This document shows positions 60,471-64,000 of a DNA stretch of 64,000 nt, piece by piece (the stretch's first letter is position 1; each line of letters begins with the position of its first letter). A program made the position numbers and the translations under genes. Origin of the DNA: Blastocladiella emersonii ATCC 22665 (Eukaryota > Fungi > Blastocladiomycota); NCBI GenBank assembly GCA_025594325.1, contig JANHCV010000008.1, positions 434,001 to 498,000 on the forward strand, in the 5' to 3' direction. The notes below the pieces were generated by a model that did no database searches, was not told the DNA's origin, and saw only the letters and a list, made by a program, of their open reading frames with translations.

Positions 60471-62201
60471 CTACTGCGCCGTGGCCTCGGACGACGCACC
60501 GCCGCCTCGCGAACCGCGACCGCCACGTTTGCGCTTGGGCGGCGCGTCCCCACTCGCAGCAGCAGCACCGCCGCCCGCGGACATGGCCACGATTTGCGGC
60601 ACGGCTACGATTTGCGGCACGGGCTTCGCGCCCACCGCATCGCCCGTACCACCCGCGCCGCCCTTGTTCTGGCGCCGACCACCGCGCGGGCGGCGCTTGA
60701 GCGTGCCGCCCTCGCCGCCGTCCGCCCCCGCGGCATCACCGCCGCCGCCGGCCTGGCCCTGCTGCCCCGGCGGGGCATTCTGCTTCTTGGCCTGCTGCTG
60801 CTGCTGCCGCGCCTGCACCTGCGCCGAGAGCTGCGACATCTCCTCCTCCCACGGCGCGGGTTTCGGCGGCTTGGGCTTGCGCTGCTGCTTAGCCTTGCCA
60901 ACGGTAGCGGGTTCGCCGGGCGGAGCGGGAACGAGAACCGGGCCGGCGGTGGCGACGGGCACGGGGACCGGGGTCGTTACGCGAGCGGGAGCGGGCGCAG
61001 GTGCGGGCGACGCGGGGCCCGACTTGGGCTTGCCGCTGTTGTTCTGCTTCTCGGGCTTGGGCTTCTTGGGCGTCTTGGGCAGCGCCGGGTACGCCTGCTG
61101 CTGCTGCTGGTGGGCTGCGCCAGGGACGGCGGCGGGCGGCGGCCGCTGCGCGACCATGCCGGGCGTGAACACGGGTCCCGCCGCCGCCGCGGCCGCGGCC
61201 GCCGCCTGCATGATCTGCTGCTTCTTGCGCGCCTTGCTGCGGTTAATGTGCTCGACGACGAACGGCGGGATCCCCCCACCGCCGCCGCCACCGCCGCTGC
61301 TCGTGCCGTTGCCGCCCTTCTTCTTCTTCTTCTTTTCCTTTTTGAGCAGGCTCGGATCCGTGTTGCCGAACTCGTCCATGGTCGAGACGACGCTGAGGAT
61401 GGCCTTGCTCTTCGGGATGCGGCGCTGCCCCTTCGCGGGTTTGGGGGTGGCGGCGCCGGCGGCGGCGGCGGCGGACTGCTTCTTCGCGGACTCGGCGGCC
61501 TGCGCGGCAGCGGCAGCGGCGGCGGCTTTGCGGCGCAGGAACTCGATGAGCGGGGTCACGGTCGGGTCGTCGGGTTTCGCGTCCGCGTCCGCGTCCGCGG
61601 GCTGCGGCGGCGGCGAAGGTTCGGCGGCGGGCGCGAGCGCCGCGTCGGGGTCGTTGCGCGCCTGGACGAACGCGGCAAACTCTTCATCGTCGGCGATCGT
61701 GCCCTCGAGCGGGTCCTCGACGACCGGCACCCCCACCCGCGCCGCGTCGTAGATGCGCTGGTACAGGGCGTACTCGACCGTGACGGGGAACCGTGTGCCC
61801 TTGGCGTCGACGAACACGTGGCCGTTGTACGCGGCGGCGAACGTGGCGACCTCGCCGGGCGTGCGGAACCCGATCACGGCTCGGCCGTACCGCGCCGGCT
61901 TGCTGATGCCCGGGATGCCCTGGGTGGTGGTGGAAGAGGAGGTCGGGTGCAGCAGGGCGAGCGCGACGGCGCGGCGCGGGATGTGGCCCGGCGTGAAGGC
62001 GAGGTAGTCGACCGACTCGCGCGTCACGCCCACGCGCGCGAGGTCGGAGAGGAGGACGGATTCCGGCAGAGCGGGGGGAAGGTGGCGGACGACCACCTTG
62101 AGCCGGTCCGGCGGCGGCGTCAGCGTCGCGGGCGTGCCCGACCGCGTGCGCGGCGGCGTCGGCGCAGAGTCGCTCGGCAGGTCGGGCGATGATTGATTCA
62201 T
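60471..62201 (-). CDS. UPF3: Nonsense-mediated decay factor Upf3
   Basis: Smg4/UPF3 RRM: LKVVVRHLPPALPE...RAVIGF....VATFAAAYNGHVFVDAKGTRFPVTVEYALYQRI; GTIADDEEFAAF; TPLIEFLRRK; basic/Gly-rich tail. Confidence 0.9.
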   Translation of the reverse strand: MNQSSPDLPSDSAPTPPRTRSGTPATLTPPPDRLKVVVRHLPPALPESVLLSDLARVGVTRESVDYLAFTPGHIPRRAVALALLHPTSSSTTTQGIPGISKPARYGRAVIGFRTPGEVATFAAAYNGHVFVDAKGTRFPVTVEYALYQRIYDAARVGVPVVEDPLEGTIADDEEFAAFVQARNDPDAALAPAAEPSPPPQPADADADAKPDDPTVTPLIEFLRRKAAAAAAAAQAAESAKKQSAAAAAGAATPKPAKGQRRIPKSKAILSVVSTMDEFGNTDPSLLKKEKKKKKKGGNGTSSGGGGGGGGIPPFVVEHINRSKARKKQQIMQAAAAAAAAAGPVFTPGMVAQRPPPAAVPGAAHQQQQQAYPALPKTPKKPKPEKQNNSGKPKSGPASPAPAPAPARVTTPVPVPVATAGPVLVPAPPGEPATVGKAKQQRKPKPPKPAPWEEEMSQLSAQVQARQQQQQAKKQNAPPGQQGQAGGGGDAAGADGGEGGTLKRRPRGGRRQNKGGAGGTGDAVGAKPVPQIVAVPQIVAMSAGGGAAAASGDAPPKRKRGGRGSRGGGASSEATAQ

Positions 62202-62641
62202 GGTTGCTGCGTGTGGCGCTCGAGAGAGAGAAGAAACGAGCGAACGAACGAGCGAACGAGAGAAACGCGAAGTTCAGCAAACCGGTCACGCGGGCGACCT
62301 GCCACGGCTCGCGGCGCCGGCTGACCGCGTCGCGGGACGCGTATTTTTTCACCCGCCGAATCCGATCGGCCCGGATATCATCCCCCACCCCCGATGTCTC
62401 CGTGCCACCAAGCGCAATTACGATGCAACATGGACCGGTGCTGCTCCCCTGTGCGACCGCCTTTCCCTGCTCGCCGCAGGTGTCCCCCACCGCGAGCGAA
62501 CCGGATCGCAGCAGGAGCAGGAGTGAATATCTGAGCGGTTGAGCGGATCCAGCGGCCGGTTCTCCCCCCTCTCATAATCACCTCCAGTATCATCATCATC
62601 GCCACACTCGGAAAAACTACGGATCAAGCACTTCGTCGAGA

Positions 62642-63844
62642 ATGAGCCACCCGGACTCCCACCACGCCGCCATGGCGGCCACGGGGACGTGCATCTGCAA
62701 GCTGTGCGACTGCGGCAAGCACCGGTGCGGTCGGCCCGCGCTGCCGACGGTCGGCATGCCCATGGACTCGGCGACCGAGTACAAGGACCGGTTCCCGGCA
62801 CACCCGCTGCAGTACGCGGGCAAGAAGAAGCCGCCGCCGCACGTGGCCGGGTCGCACGCGCCCATGAGCAGCATGACCGAGAACCGCGAGCAGTTCACGC
62901 CCAAGGCGGTCCCCGAGCGCTTCAAGCCCGCCAAGCGCGAGTACCACCCGAACCTGGCCGCGCTCGAGGCCACCACGGGGTACATGGCCGACTACCAGCG
63001 GTGGAAGGACGCGCCGCCGCGCGAGTCGTCCAAGAAGCCCGAGGTGTACCGGCCGTCGGGCGCCTTCGACGGCATCACCACCAACAAGGCCGACTACCAG
63101 CCGTGGGCCGTCGCCCAGCGGTACCGCCACCCGAAGCAGGTGTATCACGCGAACCCGGCCAAGCTCGAGGCCGACAGCTCGTATAAGGCCGACTTCGCGC
63201 CGTTCCAGGTCAAGCGGCCGCCGCCGCGGCCCGCCGAGGTCTTCGTCCCGGCGCCCGAGGACCGCGAGTTCCGCACCACCATGAACCAGTCGTTTGTCGG
63301 GTTCACGGGCCCGCGCCCGCACCGCCGCGTCCAGGCGTACGTCCCGCCGGGCACCACCTTCGAGGGCATCTCGACCTCGCAGGCCGACTACATCCCGCGC
63401 CCGCTCGAGCCGCGCAAGTCGTGCAAGCCCGCGCCCTCGGTCCCGCCCGAGCTCCCCTTCGACGGCCGCACCGAGTACGGCGCCGTGTTCACCCCGAAAT
63501 CCAGCGTCCCGCCGAAACGCGTCCCGCTCGCCTACGTCCCGCCCAACACCGTCTTCGAGGGCATCAGCACCATGAAGGCCGACTACGGGTCGACAGCTGG
63601 TGCCGAGGGCCGCCGCGCCGACTTCGGCCCGCACCCCGTCTACCGCCCCGAACCCGACGACCGCAGCTGGGTCACCGAGACCCGCGACCAGCACGGCGTC
63701 AAGGACGTGCCCACGTGCCGCGCCGTCTGCGCGAAACGTGCCCTCGGCGGCAGCAAGACCGAGCTCCACCGCGAGCGCGACGGGCATATCTACATCTCGG
63801 CCGTCGCCCCGCCGCAGCAGGTCAAGCCCGGCCAGCGCATCTGA
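62642..63844 (+). CDS. SAXO: Stabilizer of axonemal microtubules (SAXO/FAM154 family)
   Basis: N-terminal CICKLCDCGKHRC; repeated Mn-type motifs (ATEYKDRF, TTGYMADY, FDGITTNKADY, FEGISTSQADY, FDGRTEYGAVF, FEGISTMKADY); C-terminal TCRA. Confidence 0.85.
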   Translation: MSHPDSHHAAMAATGTCICKLCDCGKHRCGRPALPTVGMPMDSATEYKDRFPAHPLQYAGKKKPPPHVAGSHAPMSSMTENREQFTPKAVPERFKPAKREYHPNLAALEATTGYMADYQRWKDAPPRESSKKPEVYRPSGAFDGITTNKADYQPWAVAQRYRHPKQVYHANPAKLEADSSYKADFAPFQVKRPPPRPAEVFVPAPEDREFRTTMNQSFVGFTGPRPHRRVQAYVPPGTTFEGISTSQADYIPRPLEPRKSCKPAPSVPPELPFDGRTEYGAVFTPKSSVPPKRVPLAYVPPNTVFEGISTMKADYGSTAGAEGRRADFGPHPVYRPEPDDRSWVTETRDQHGVKDVPTCRAVCAKRALGGSKTELHRERDGHIYISAVAPPQQVKPGQRI

Positions 63845-64000
63845 GTGGGTGAGTGAGTGAGTTGTATCGTGTATTGGCGTGATCTTGTACAGTTTGTGAT
63901 GTATCGGTAAGTTGTATTCGCAATGACTGAGATGAGCGACGCGTCGACGGCGGAGCACTTGCCCTCCCACGTCGCCGCAGCACCATGATAGAAGCCAATG

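Noticed and set aside
61920-61967. 48-nt in-frame intron in UPF3 (GTCGCG..CAG)
   Set aside because: Weak donor and no clear branch point; it cannot be distinguished from coding sequence without RNA-seq.
61-63970. Numerous long antisense or alternate-frame ORFs overlapping core genes (e.g. 61..1548+, 3344..4891+, 5596..7161+, 37762..39342-, 40965..43637-, 62624..63970-)
   Set aside because: Expected shadows of very high GC3 coding sequence; Arg/Ala/Gly-rich with no domain motifs.
1-64000. tRNA, rRNA or other structured ncRNA genes
   Set aside because: No cloverleaf, A/B-box or rRNA signature recognised by eye. tRNAscan-SE/Infernal would be needed to exclude them formally.

Overview
This is a GC-rich, intron-containing eukaryotic genomic window. 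It most likely comes from a flagellated (zoosporic) fungus, plausibly Blastocladiomycota; this is inferred from fungal-type core genes, a SAXO axonemal gene, short GTRYGY..CTRAC..YAG introns and an expanded 'WWxxSG' ankyrin-like family. Intact core genes (ARP8, VPS11, RSA4/NLE1, AMPK-beta, ORC5, DUS4, TAF7, Argonaute, MRPL19, UPF3, SAXO, plus ankyrin, BTB and 7TM genes) alternate with visibly less GC-rich accessory blocks. These blocks hold (i) three related Ty3/gypsy Gag-capsid-like genes with RS tracts and an atypical CX2CX12HX4C knuckle but no pol or LTRs (16.9-25.3 kb), (ii) a tandem F-box-like/ankyrin-like/LRR family in birth-and-death decay (30.5-37.6 kb, remnant at 8.7 kb), and (iii) a tandem BTB-BACK-MATH-like array directly downstream of a slicer-type Argonaute (44-56 kb). 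The last BTB copy is split by a 3,499-bp DNA transposon (51960-55458). Its 24-bp TIRs begin with the exact RSS heptamer CACAGTG, it has a 2-bp GT target duplication, and its subterminal regions carry dense telomere-like GGTTAG motifs. All assignments come from reading the sequence and motif knowledge; no database searches were run.
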